A stretch of 64,000 nt of DNA from SAR202 cluster bacterium AC-409-J13_OGT_754m (GTDB lineage: Bacteria; Chloroflexota; Dehalococcoidia; Lucifugimonadales; GCA-2712585): positions 5,338-69,337 of the forward strand of contig VEXD01000004.1 of the NCBI GenBank assembly GCA_009391235.1. The letters run 5' to 3'. The notes beneath the pieces were generated by a model. That model ran no database searches. It was not told the DNA's origin and saw only the letters and a list, made by a program, of their open reading frames with translations. Shown piece after piece: positions 28,463 through 38,058 of this stretch; position 1 is the stretch's first letter, and each line of letters begins with the position of its first letter. Made by a program: the position numbers and the translations under genes.

Positions 28463-29644
28463 GTGCGAAATGCTGTTATATTAGGCGCCACTAGGACGCC
28501 TATAGGAAAATTTGGAGGCGGGCTCTCTAATGTCTCGGCAGTCAAGCTGGGTGGAATTGTTATTGCAGAGGCATTAAAGCGTGCTGAGCTTGCAGTAGAA
28601 AATGTTGATGAAGTGATTATGGGGAACGTCATTTTTGCAGGACAGGGAATGAACCCTGCTAGGCAAGCTTCCATTGCGGGAGGTTTGCCAACAACAGTGC
28701 CCGCTATGACTATCAATAAAGTTTGTGGTTCGGGGCTTAAAGCGGTAGCCCTAGCTGCTCAGGCTATTCGATCTGGGGATGCAGATGTAATAATTTGTGG
28801 TGGATTTGAGAACATGAGTCTTGCTCCCTACTTGTTAAGGAAAGCGCGCTACGGTTATAGATTAGGGGAGGGTGAATTAATTGATTCCGTAATAAACGAT
28901 GGTCTTTCAGATTGTATGATTGATTGCCATATGGGTGTTACTGCAGAACATCTCGCTAAAATCTATGGTTTGAGTCGCCAAGATATAGATCATTACGCTT
29001 TGCGCAGTCAAAAACGGGCCAATAAAGCGATTAAAGAAGGCCTGTTTGATGAAGAGATAGTAAATGTATATGTGGAGCAACGGAAAGGTGACGTTGCTGT
29101 CATTTCGAGTGATGAGCACCCGAGATTAGATACAAGTATAGAAGGATTGGCACAGCTTAGTCCTGCATTTGCAAAAGATGGCTTAGTGACTGCTGGAAAC
29201 TCTTCAGGGATTAATGATGGAGCTTCGGCAATGGTAGTTATGGATGAAACCAAGGCTAGGGAATTATCTTTGGAGCCAATGGCTTTAATACGCAGTTATG
29301 CTTCTGCCGCATTAGAACCTATGATGATGGGGGTTGCTCCAGTGCAAGCGATACGTGGTGCTTTGGATAAAGCAGAAAAGACTTTAGAAGATATCGATTT
29401 AATTGAAATTAATGAAGCTTTTGCCGCACAAGTTTTGTCTGTAGGTGCAGAGTTAGACTTAGACTGGGGAATTACAAATGTTAACGGGGGAGCCATAGCA
29501 TTAGGGCATCCAATAGGCGCCAGTGGAGCGCGTATTCTTACTACTCTTCTTTATGAAATGAAACGGCGGGATGATAGGTTCGGGCTTGCAAGTTTGTGTA
29601 TTGGCGGTGGCCAAGGTATTGCTATGGTAGTTGAACGAGTTTAA
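28463..29644 (+). CDS. atoB: Acetyl-CoA C-acetyltransferase (thiolase)
   Basis: NKVCGSG, NEAFA, GHPIGASG, LCIGGGQG. Confidence 0.93.
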   Translation: MRNAVILGATRTPIGKFGGGLSNVSAVKLGGIVIAEALKRAELAVENVDEVIMGNVIFAGQGMNPARQASIAGGLPTTVPAMTINKVCGSGLKAVALAAQAIRSGDADVIICGGFENMSLAPYLLRKARYGYRLGEGELIDSVINDGLSDCMIDCHMGVTAEHLAKIYGLSRQDIDHYALRSQKRANKAIKEGLFDEEIVNVYVEQRKGDVAVISSDEHPRLDTSIEGLAQLSPAFAKDGLVTAGNSSGINDGASAMVVMDETKARELSLEPMALIRSYASAALEPMMMGVAPVQAIRGALDKAEKTLEDIDLIEINEAFAAQVLSVGAELDLDWGITNVNGGAIALGHPIGASGARILTTLLYEMKRRDDRFGLASLCIGGGQGIAMVVERV

Positions 29645-29662
29645 TTAACTCATCCAGAGCGG

Positions 29663-31714
29663 TTACAGGTCTTTTATTTGTTGATATAGGGCTTCAGAAT
29701 CTGTAACGGGCAGTTTGCAGACATTGTTTTCGCATACATATGCAGTTGGTTTGCCTCTGAGTTTAGTTCGGTAGTTTAGCAGCGGTATATCATCAATCGA
29801 ATCTTGAATAGCATCATTAAATCCAGCAAGTATCTTATTGGGAATGTAACTGTTGTGGATTACTTTCAGCAACGCTTTGGTAGCAGGATCGGTTGGCTGT
29901 CCTATAACAACAATGTCTTTTGAAGGATTTTGATAAAGGTCTAGACTTGATAGCCAGCGACCCATCCCGTTTGGGTAGCGTGCCATAATTTGATGCATCG
30001 AGCTTAATGCGGTTTCAGCGATGGACAGATATCGTTTTTGTGAAGTGAGTCTGGATAATTTAACGAGCACCTCTACAGCTATAGAGGAGCCTGACGGAGT
30101 AGCATTGTCGAAGAATTCCCGCGGCCTGATTATTAATGCTTCATGATCCTTGCTTGTATCGTAAAATAAACCTGTCTCAGGATCCCAAAATAGGTCAATC
30201 ATAATGTCGACCAACTTTTTAGATTGGGTGAACCAGATTGGGTCAAAAGTGGCTTCATAAAGTGCTAATAGTCCGTCTGCTAAAAATGAATAATCTTCTA
30301 AATACCCGTTTAGTTTAGCTTTTCCATCTTTGTAGGTTCTACATAGTCGGTCATTGACTAACAGGTTGTTTATTATGAAGTGGGCGTTGTTAATAGCGGC
30401 TTCAAGATAATCCTCTCTCTCAAATACAGAGGACGCCTGAGCGATTGCTCGTAGAGTTAAGCCATTCCAGGCAGTAAGTATTTTATCATCGCGCTGAGGA
30501 GCAACACGACTATTCCTAAAATGCAGTAAGATGATTTTGCATCGTTCTATAGTTGAATCAAAGTCATGTTCAGTCAAATTGAATTTTCTAGCTAACTCTT
30601 TAGAGCTAATGGTAATGTTTAGTATATTTTTGCCTTCAAAATTACCAGTGGCGGTCACATTGAAATATTTTTTAAATATTTCGACATCTGGATTGTCAAG
30701 GGCTTCATCTATTTCGTTTTGTGTCCAAACAAAAAATTTACCTTCAATATTTTCGCTATCTGCATCTTGAGATGAACAGAATCCTCCCTCATTCGTTGTC
30801 ATTTCCCTTAAGATATAATCTATGGTTTCCTCGGTTACCTTTCTATACCGGCTTTTTCCAGTAGCTTGGAATGCGTGTGTGTATAAGCTGGCCAATAGGG
30901 CATTGTCATAGAGCATTTTTTCAAAATGGGGCACTAGCCAAGACTCATCTGTTGAATATCTATGAAAACCTCCACCTAGCTGGTCGTAGATTCCACCATT
31001 AGCCATCTTATTCAAGGAAAATTCCACCATGTGTAAAGCTACTTTGTTTTTAGTTGAGTGGTGGTTATGAAGTAGGAAGTCATAAATCATTGGCTGTGGG
31101 AATTTGGGAGCCATTCCAAACCCACCCTCTACTGAGTCGAATCCTTGCTTTAATTGGGTAAAAGCCGCGTCTATTAACTCCATGTAAGGCATTTCTTTAT
31201 GTGATCGTATCTTTGCCATATTTTCTAAATGTTCCAATAATCCAGATGTAGCATTAGCAAGTTCTGTCTTGCGATTTAAGTATGCTTCTGCCATTGCAGT
31301 TAAAACCCTGGGGAATCCGGGCATTCCTCCCCGATCCTCTGGGGGATAGTATGTTCCTCCGTAAAAAGGTTTGCCTTCCGGAGTAAGGAATACGGTCATT
31401 GGCCATCCACCATGGCCAGTTAAGGCTTGAACTGCTTGCATATAAATGGAATCAATATCAGGTCGTTCTTCTCTATCTACTTTAATGCTTACAAAATGTA
31501 AGTTCATCAAGTCAGCGATGGCACTATTTTCAAAGGATTCATGTTCCATAACATGACACCAATGGCAAGCGGAATACCCTACACTGAGAAGGATAGGTTT
31601 ATCTTCTTCCTTTGCTTTTTTCAGCGCTTCAGGGCCCCATGGATACCATTGCACGGGGTTATTAGCATGTTGAAGAAGATATGGACTGGTTTCGTATTGG
31701 AGTTTATTAGCCAA
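29663..31714 (-). CDS. Thioredoxin domain-containing protein, YyaL/SSP411 (DUF255) family
   Basis: [46 protein letters not shown]. Confidence 0.92.
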   Translation of the reverse strand: MANKLQYETSPYLLQHANNPVQWYPWGPEALKKAKEEDKPILLSVGYSACHWCHVMEHESFENSAIADLMNLHFVSIKVDREERPDIDSIYMQAVQALTGHGGWPMTVFLTPEGKPFYGGTYYPPEDRGGMPGFPRVLTAMAEAYLNRKTELANATSGLLEHLENMAKIRSHKEMPYMELIDAAFTQLKQGFDSVEGGFGMAPKFPQPMIYDFLLHNHHSTKNKVALHMVEFSLNKMANGGIYDQLGGGFHRYSTDESWLVPHFEKMLYDNALLASLYTHAFQATGKSRYRKVTEETIDYILREMTTNEGGFCSSQDADSENIEGKFFVWTQNEIDEALDNPDVEIFKKYFNVTATGNFEGKNILNITISSKELARKFNLTEHDFDSTIERCKIILLHFRNSRVAPQRDDKILTAWNGLTLRAIAQASSVFEREDYLEAAINNAHFIINNLLVNDRLCRTYKDGKAKLNGYLEDYSFLADGLLALYEATFDPIWFTQSKKLVDIMIDLFWDPETGLFYDTSKDHEALIIRPREFFDNATPSGSSIAVEVLVKLSRLTSQKRYLSIAETALSSMHQIMARYPNGMGRWLSSLDLYQNPSKDIVVIGQPTDPATKALLKVIHNSYIPNKILAGFNDAIQDSIDDIPLLNYRTKLRGKPTAYVCENNVCKLPVTDSEALYQQIKDL

Positions 31715-31847
31715 TAGATTTCTTCCCCGTTATAAAATACGTTGATTTATTTTGGACTAGGAAGTATAAAATAGCCAGTGTTAACTTACTGGAACCCATG
31801 GGGCAATGTTAGGCATCATGGGGTGTTGTTAGAACTGGAGCAAATAT

Positions 31848-33032
31848 ATGAAGTGGGCATCCGCATTATCAGAAAACCCAGATACTATTACTGGTTTATC
31901 CGAATGCATTTCGGAAATCGAAAAGCAAACCGATGTGAATTCAATTGATCTAGCAGTATTGTTTATAACAGATGATCACAAGGGAGACTTCAGAAGGATA
32001 CCTCTGGTGATACATGAGAGGCTTAATCCCACCCAGTTTGTTGGCTGCTCGGCCGGAGGGGTGATAGGTAACGGGAAAGAAGTAGAACATAGGTCTGGCA
32101 TATCCTTGACCGTGGCCAGTTTACCTCAAGTCAACCTGAATTCATTCCATGTTGATGATGATGCGCTTCCTGATTTGGATGCACCCCCAACAGAATGGGA
32201 AACACTAACAGGGATGTCTGCTGATAAGGATCCGCAATTCTTAATTATTACAGACCCATTCACAATTCGCAGTCAGAATCTCTTGTTAGGATTGGATTAT
32301 GCTTTTAAGAAAGGGACAAAAATAGGCGGTATGGCCAGCGGTTCTTCACCGGAAGGAGGAAACACTCTCTTTCTAGGTGATAAAACATTTGACTCTGGGG
32401 CAGTTGCGATCATATTTGATGGTAATATTGTTATTGATCCAGTTGTCGCTCAAGGGTGCAGACCGATCGGCACCCCAATGCGTATAACCAGAAGTGAACG
32501 CAATGTACTGATAGAATTGGATGGACGCCCAACGGTCGAAATTTTGAAAGAGATATATAAAGATCTTACTTCTCATGATCGGGAGTTGGTAAGGCATTCA
32601 CTATTCTTAGGAATGGTAATGGATAAATTTGAAGAAGATCCTCAATTGGGAGATTTTTTGATCAGAAATATAGTCGGCATAGATCCTAGTACTGGAGCTA
32701 TGGCCATTGGAGAAGGGTTGGAAGAAGGCCAAATTGTCCAATTCCACCTTAGAGACGCTAATACGTCACAAGAAGATCTTAGTGGCATCCTTTGCAACTA
32801 TTCAGACCAACATGCCCCTATGGATTCAGCTGGAGCTTTATTGTTTTCATGTTTAGGAAGGGGGGAATATCTTTATGGCCTAGCTGATCACGATACTAAT
32901 ATGTTTAAGGATATAATAGGTGACATTCCATTAGGGGGATTTTTCTGCAATGGTGAAATAGGCCCTGTTGGTGGAACTACTTATCTCCACGGGTATACTA
33001 GTTCCTTTGGCATATTCAGAACGCGGGGATGA
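31848..33032 (+). CDS. FIST N/C domain signal-transduction protein
   Basis: GCSAGGVIG, VAQGCRPIG, FSCLGRG, GFFCNGEIGP, LHGYT. Confidence 0.9.
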   Translation: MKWASALSENPDTITGLSECISEIEKQTDVNSIDLAVLFITDDHKGDFRRIPLVIHERLNPTQFVGCSAGGVIGNGKEVEHRSGISLTVASLPQVNLNSFHVDDDALPDLDAPPTEWETLTGMSADKDPQFLIITDPFTIRSQNLLLGLDYAFKKGTKIGGMASGSSPEGGNTLFLGDKTFDSGAVAIIFDGNIVIDPVVAQGCRPIGTPMRITRSERNVLIELDGRPTVEILKEIYKDLTSHDRELVRHSLFLGMVMDKFEEDPQLGDFLIRNIVGIDPSTGAMAIGEGLEEGQIVQFHLRDANTSQEDLSGILCNYSDQHAPMDSAGALLFSCLGRGEYLYGLADHDTNMFKDIIGDIPLGGFFCNGEIGPVGGTTYLHGYTSSFGIFRTRG

Positions 33033-33170
33033 TTCCGCTAACCGAGAGGTTTACATAACACTCTCTTATTAATTATTAGGGTCGGGAATTTACAGAATAA
33101 ACAATTTTTGAATATTTCGTTAGGTAGCAATACTTGATATGCGAGAATATTGGAATTAAAATTAACGGTA

Positions 33171-33692
33171 ATGGAACAGTACCAATCAAACAATAGCTTT
33201 GGCCTTTTGACCGAAATAGGCGTAGAAGCTGTGGGCAAACCCGGAAACCGAACTTTCAGGCTTTCCCTAGGAGCTGGTGAAGCTCAAGCAGTGCTTTGGC
33301 TAGAAAAAGAACAATTGCAACAGTTAGCTATATATATTCAGCAGATAGAAGAGTCACTATCACCGGCTAAATCTAGTCAGGGGAATAGTGTTCCAGAGGA
33401 CACCTGGAACGGGGGTCCTACTTTCGTAGAATTCCAGGTAGGCGGTCTATCCATGGGGCACGATTCTCCGTCGAATGCGTTCTTATTTTTGATTTATGGA
33501 CTAGACACTGAAGAAAACTTCCCAGCTGATTTGAGTTTCTGGATTTCCGGTGAGATGGCTGACAACCTTTCCAGGCAAGCTCTACAGGTTTGTGCGGCAG
33601 GCAGGCCACGCTGTTTTCTTTGTGATAAACCTATTGGGCCAGATGGTCATAAATGTATGCGTTCAAACGGACATCAAGCATATAAAGGATAG
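33171..33692 (+). CDS. DUF3090 family protein
   Basis: AVGKPGNRTFRL, LEKEQL, AAGRPRCFLCDKPI and GHKCMRSNGH. Confidence 0.85.
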   Translation: MEQYQSNNSFGLLTEIGVEAVGKPGNRTFRLSLGAGEAQAVLWLEKEQLQQLAIYIQQIEESLSPAKSSQGNSVPEDTWNGGPTFVEFQVGGLSMGHDSPSNAFLFLIYGLDTEENFPADLSFWISGEMADNLSRQALQVCAAGRPRCFLCDKPIGPDGHKCMRSNGHQAYKG

Positions 33693-33723
33693 TGATTAAT
33701 TCAGATCGTATTAGTCGGAAGAA

Positions 33724-34395
33724 ATGGGTAAATTCCTTAGTAAAGGCGAAATTCTATCGTGTGACCGTTTCCCAGTGGGTTCGAATTACACATTTCTAGT
33801 TAAAATAGGGAATGGGACGGGTCGCCATCGGTTTGCCATTTATAAGCCAAAATATGGTGAAGTCCCGCTATGGGATTTTCCTTCCGGCACTCTGTACAAG
33901 AGGGAATATGCAGCCTACTTGCTTAGTGTGATTCTGGGTTGGAATTTTATCCCTGAAACAGTTATAAGAGGTGGGCCTTATGGTGTTGGATCGGTGCAAA
34001 GGTATGTAATCCCATCTCAAACAATTTCATACGGAGATATTCCTGAGAATTATCGGTGTGCTCTTCGAGAAATTGCTTGTTTCGATATATTGGCGAATAA
34101 TGCTGACAGAAAAGCCATGCATTGCTTTATAGGATCAGAAGGGCGTGTTTGGGGTATAGATCATGGACTTACTTTCCATCAGCATCATAAATTGCGAACG
34201 GCTATCTGGGACTTTTGGGGAGAGGAATTTCCTGTGTATTTCAGTAAACCTTTGACAAAATTAATGACTGGCTTAAATAAACCTAGAGGAAAAATTAAGG
34301 AGCTAGTGGATCTTTTGGAACCTATTGAGATAGAAGCCCTAAAGATCCGCCTAAATTGGTTAGTGGAATTAAATGCTTTTCCAACCTTAAGATAA
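33724..34395 (+). CDS. SCO1664-family (PI3/4-kinase-like) protein
   Basis: GSNYTF, IYKP, PLWDFPSGTLYKREYAAY, GPYGVGSVQ, NNADRK, GIDHGLTF. Confidence 0.88.
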   Translation: MGKFLSKGEILSCDRFPVGSNYTFLVKIGNGTGRHRFAIYKPKYGEVPLWDFPSGTLYKREYAAYLLSVILGWNFIPETVIRGGPYGVGSVQRYVIPSQTISYGDIPENYRCALREIACFDILANNADRKAMHCFIGSEGRVWGIDHGLTFHQHHKLRTAIWDFWGEEFPVYFSKPLTKLMTGLNKPRGKIKELVDLLEPIEIEALKIRLNWLVELNAFPTLR

Positions 34396-34446
34396 GACCC
34401 TACTTTAGGTTGTTTGGCCTGACATTCTGGTTAAAATTCTATTCCC

Positions 34447-34476
34447 TTGACACTTAACGAAGACCAACTCTACAAT
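34447..34476 (+). promoter_or_regulatory. Sigma70-type promoter of the DUF151 gene
   Basis: TTGACA (34447-34452), N18, TACAAT (34471-34476). Confidence 0.6.
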
Positions 34477-34507
34477 TAGTTCGAGATTGGGCAGGAGGTA
34501 TCCAAGC

Positions 34508-35065
34508 ATGCAAGAGATGACCATAGATAGCATTCGGGTCAGTCTCATGAATTACCAACGAGTAGTTATTCTTAAACACAAGGATTCGGATCGGTATTTG
34601 CCTATTTGGATTGGCCCAGCGGAAGCGGACGCAATTGCTGTTAAACTTCAGGAAATATCGGTACCTAGGCCGTTGACGCACGACCTGCTTCAATCTTTTG
34701 TAGATACTTTGGGTGCCCAAATTACGCATATCCTGGTATACGATCTTAAGGATGACACCTTTTTTGCAAAGATAGGTCTTTCGAAAGGTGGGAAAAAATT
34801 TGATATTGATTCCCGTCCAAGTGATGCGATAGCTTTAGCGGTTAGGGCTCAGGTGCCAATCTACGCTGAAGACTCTGTGATGGAAGTGGCCAGCATTCAA
34901 CTTGATTCGGAAACGGGCAAGCCCATAATACTAGGTGAATCGGAATATGATGGAGAACAACCAAGCAAGGTGAATGAAGAGGAATTGCGGAGACTTTCTG
35001 CTTTTACTGATTTTATAGACACCTTGGATTTGGAAGATTTCGGCAAAACTTCTTCTAGTGGTTGA
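34508..35065 (+). CDS. Bifunctional nuclease (DUF151) family protein
   Basis: LPIWIGPAEA, PRPLTHDL, DSRPSDAIALAVR; ATG 34508 after AGGAGG. Confidence 0.92.
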   Translation: MQEMTIDSIRVSLMNYQRVVILKHKDSDRYLPIWIGPAEADAIAVKLQEISVPRPLTHDLLQSFVDTLGAQITHILVYDLKDDTFFAKIGLSKGGKKFDIDSRPSDAIALAVRAQVPIYAEDSVMEVASIQLDSETGKPIILGESEYDGEQPSKVNEEELRRLSAFTDFIDTLDLEDFGKTSSSG

Positions 35066-35079
35066 AGCGATCTATTTGT

Positions 35080-35114
35080 TTGACTTGGGTAGGGGCTAGT
35101 GATAAAGTTCACTA
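35080..35114 (+). promoter_or_regulatory. atp operon promoter overlapped by a Rex-like operator
   Basis: TTGACT (35080-35085), N17, TGa-extended TAAAGT (35103-35108); palindrome TAGTGA-TAAAGT-TCACTA (35097-35114) versus Rex consensus TTGTGAAnnnnTTCACAA. Confidence 0.6.
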
Positions 35115-35131
35115 AGTTTCTAGAGTAAAAG

Positions 35132-35386
35132 ATGTCTGCGTATTCACTTGCGCTTAGACTTGTCGGTGTTGGGTGGTTTATATCTAGTAGTGTAGTAATT
35201 GGCCTACTGGGAGGGAAGTGGCTTGATGACAAAACTGAGAGTTCCCCGCTATTTGTGTTGTCGGGAGTTGCCTTAGGTTTATTAGTCTCAAGTTACAGTA
35301 TTTATAAGACGTTGGCACATATAATACGGCAGTCGGATAGCAGTGTTTCTCCTCTACAAGAGGATGATAAAGAAGAAGGTGATTGA
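35132..35386 (+). CDS. AtpZ/AtpI-family two-TM protein
   Basis: GLLGGKWLD...PLFVLSGVALGL pattern; first gene of the atp operon. Confidence 0.85.
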   Translation: MSAYSLALRLVGVGWFISSSVVIGLLGGKWLDDKTESSPLFVLSGVALGLLVSSYSIYKTLAHIIRQSDSSVSPLQEDDKEEGD

Positions 35387-36444
35387 TAGGACTTATGGCG
35401 AAACCACTCGTGATGGGCATTGGGTTAGGGATAATAACCCTCCTGGTATTGGGGTTTATAGTTGGAGCGATAGGTCAAAAATTCATCGAGTCCCGAACGC
35501 CTATTTCTGCACTTTCACTAGATGCACCTGAGATTCATCTTCCTGCCCAGGCGGTTTATCCCGCAGACAAGAGAGAAGAGGCCATGCAAGGGCATAATCT
35601 TGGGTTTATGGGATTTGCCATCACGAATACTATGATGTCTTCCTTTGCAACTACACTGGTTCTAATATTAGTGTTGGTACTTGGTGCTCGTAGAAAGCGA
35701 TTAATCCCAGGTAGATTCCAGTGTTTTGTAGAATTAATAGTGGAAAGCCTATTTAATTTTGTGGAAGGTGTGTCCGGTAAAGAGATGGCGCGTAGATTCT
35801 TTCCAGTAATAGCGACTATATTCTTGTTTGTAATGTTTAACGCGTGGATGGGTTTGTTACCGTTTTATCCTGCCTGGGGTTTTGATCCACAAGCTCCAGA
35901 TGGAGGTGTTTACTGGGCAAGCAGCCAGGAATTGGACGTTAAAGCTGCATCCTATGATTCACATGGGATTATTCATCAAGAAGCGGTTCCTATTGATGGG
36001 CACGATACTCATATGTCTAAGGTAGATTTGTTTAGACCAGCAGGTACAGATATTAATATGCCTCTAGCGCTTGCTATAGTAGCCTTTGTGTTTGTCGAAT
36101 TTTGGGGATTCAAGGTTTTGGGTATTGGATATTTGAGCAAGTTTATACGGGTCAGGAATTTATTTAGAGGACCTAAATATCTTTTTACTGCCCTGATAGA
36201 CCTTTTTGTAGGCATATTGGAAACGTTAAGTGAATTGATTCGTGTTGTAAGCTTCACTTTTCGTTTGTTTGGTAATATGCTAGCTGGAGAAATACTTATA
36301 TTGGTATCAGCTTTTCTGATTCCATTTATATTTAGTGTTCCATTTTATGGACTGGAATTATTGGTAGGATTTATTCAGGCAATGATATTCGCAGGGTTAA
36401 CGGTGACATTTGCCGCTGTAGCGATTGCACATCACGAAGAATAG
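35383..36444 (+). CDS. atpB: F0F1 ATP synthase subunit a
   Basis: PGRFQ, SFTFRLFGNMLAGE (essential Arg), LELLVGFIQAMIF. Confidence 0.95.
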   Translation: MIGLMAKPLVMGIGLGIITLLVLGFIVGAIGQKFIESRTPISALSLDAPEIHLPAQAVYPADKREEAMQGHNLGFMGFAITNTMMSSFATTLVLILVLVLGARRKRLIPGRFQCFVELIVESLFNFVEGVSGKEMARRFFPVIATIFLFVMFNAWMGLLPFYPAWGFDPQAPDGGVYWASSQELDVKAASYDSHGIIHQEAVPIDGHDTHMSKVDLFRPAGTDINMPLALAIVAFVFVEFWGFKVLGIGYLSKFIRVRNLFRGPKYLFTALIDLFVGILETLSELIRVVSFTFRLFGNMLAGEILILVSAFLIPFIFSVPFYGLELLVGFIQAMIFAGLTVTFAAVAIAHHEE

Positions 36445-36490
36445 GATTAAAAGTAGTTATTTATTAAACCAGCTATTAAGGAGGTAAACG

Positions 36491-36592
36491 ATGGATGTAC
36501 TTCTTCTTATATTTACTGTTGTAGGCGTAGCGTTACTTGGGCTCGTAGTAGGTGGAGTATGGGCGATTTACGCTGCAGGTCAAGACCGATAA
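36491..36592 (+). CDS. Unannotated 33-aa single-TM protein inside the atp operon
   Basis: MDVLLLIFTVVGVALLGLVVGGVWAIYAAGQDR*; SD TAAGGAGGT 5 nt upstream of the ATG; sits in the atpB-atpE gap. Confidence 0.75.
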   Translation: MDVLLLIFTVVGVALLGLVVGGVWAIYAAGQDR

Positions 36593-36612
36593 GAAAACTA
36601 GAGAAAAAATGA

Positions 36613-36924
<312 letters not shown>

Positions 36925-36957
36925 TCCTAGTGTAATGGCATAAATGAGAGGTTAGTT

Positions 36958-37461
36958 ATGGCCGACTTAGGTTTAAATATACCGAGTTTAGTGGTATTCC
37001 TGGTCAACTTCACTATCCTTTTGGCAATTTTGTACCTTTTTGCATTTAAGCCCATATTGAAGCTCTTGGATCAAAGGTCTGAACGCATTAGAGAAAGCTT
37101 AGAGGCGGCAGATAGTGCCCGTCAGGCTGCAACTGCTTCAGAAGCCAAAACACAAGAACAACTTAATGAGGCTAGACTGGAAGGACAACGTTTGTTAGAA
37201 CAGGCACGCCAAATAGCGGAGAAATTCCGAGAGGATGAAATGACCAAAACCCGGAATGAAGCTGAGGCTTTCATAGAACGGGCTAGGCAAGGTATAGAGC
37301 AAGAAAAAAGTGAAGCAATTGAGGAAGTAAAAACTCATTTTGCAGGACTTGCTATTTATGCTGCAGAACGTGTGATAGAGAGATCTTTGGATAGGGAATC
37401 TCATAAAGATCTTATAGGGAAAGTTTTGAGTCAGGAATCTAATGTGGATAAAGAGAGCTAA
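36958..37461 (+). CDS. atpF: F0F1 ATP synthase subunit b
   Basis: N-terminal TM (VNFTILLAILYLFAFKPI), LDQRSERI and long coiled coil. Confidence 0.94.
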   Translation: MADLGLNIPSLVVFLVNFTILLAILYLFAFKPILKLLDQRSERIRESLEAADSARQAATASEAKTQEQLNEARLEGQRLLEQARQIAEKFREDEMTKTRNEAEAFIERARQGIEQEKSEAIEEVKTHFAGLAIYAAERVIERSLDRESHKDLIGKVLSQESNVDKES

Positions 37462-37466
37462 CTGTT

Positions 37467-38048
37467 ATGGCGTCTTCTATATCGGCAAAAAGATATGCTC
37501 AAGCTGTTTTTGAAATAGCTGTTTCAGAGGAAGACTCTTCATCCTCAGAGCGTTTGAATAAGTGGGCCCAGGATCTGGCACTTATGAAGGCATTTGTGGA
37601 TGAAGAGGAATTCAGGCTATTTTTGCAGGCTGCTAGTATCTCATTAGAAAAGAAGGTTAGCGTCATAAGTGAAGTTTTACCTGATACGATTGCTTCAGCG
37701 CGCAACCTGCTTTCTTTAATGGCATCTCGTGGCCACGCCGAAAGGATTAGAGATGTGGAAGCTGAGTTTCTGAAATTATTAGACCACTATAATGGTGTAG
37801 TTAGAGTGAAAACGTTTTCTGCGGTTACCATTGACGATAGACAAATGGATGGCATTAAAGAATTTGCGAGTAAACTAACTGGTAAAAATATTATTTTAGA
37901 ATCTCAAATAAGTGAAAAAATGATTGGGGGCCTTACGATTGTAGTTGGCGATCGTATGCTGGATGGTAGCACCAAGTCTCGGTTATTTGATTTGGGACGC
38001 AGTCTTGGGGCGATTTCATTACAAACTGTTGGATTGGGGAATAGTTAG
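37467..38048 (+). CDS. atpH: F0F1 ATP synthase subunit delta
   Basis: [25 protein letters not shown]. Confidence 0.93.
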   Translation: MASSISAKRYAQAVFEIAVSEEDSSSSERLNKWAQDLALMKAFVDEEEFRLFLQAASISLEKKVSVISEVLPDTIASARNLLSLMASRGHAERIRDVEAEFLKLLDHYNGVVRVKTFSAVTIDDRQMDGIKEFASKLTGKNIILESQISEKMIGGLTIVVGDRMLDGSTKSRLFDLGRSLGAISLQTVGLGNS

Positions 38049-38058
38049 GAGGTCAGGG

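Noticed and set aside
37945-38058. N-terminal extension of atpA in the ORF track
   Set aside because: It overlaps atpH; the SD-led ATG at 38059 gives a normal-length alpha subunit.
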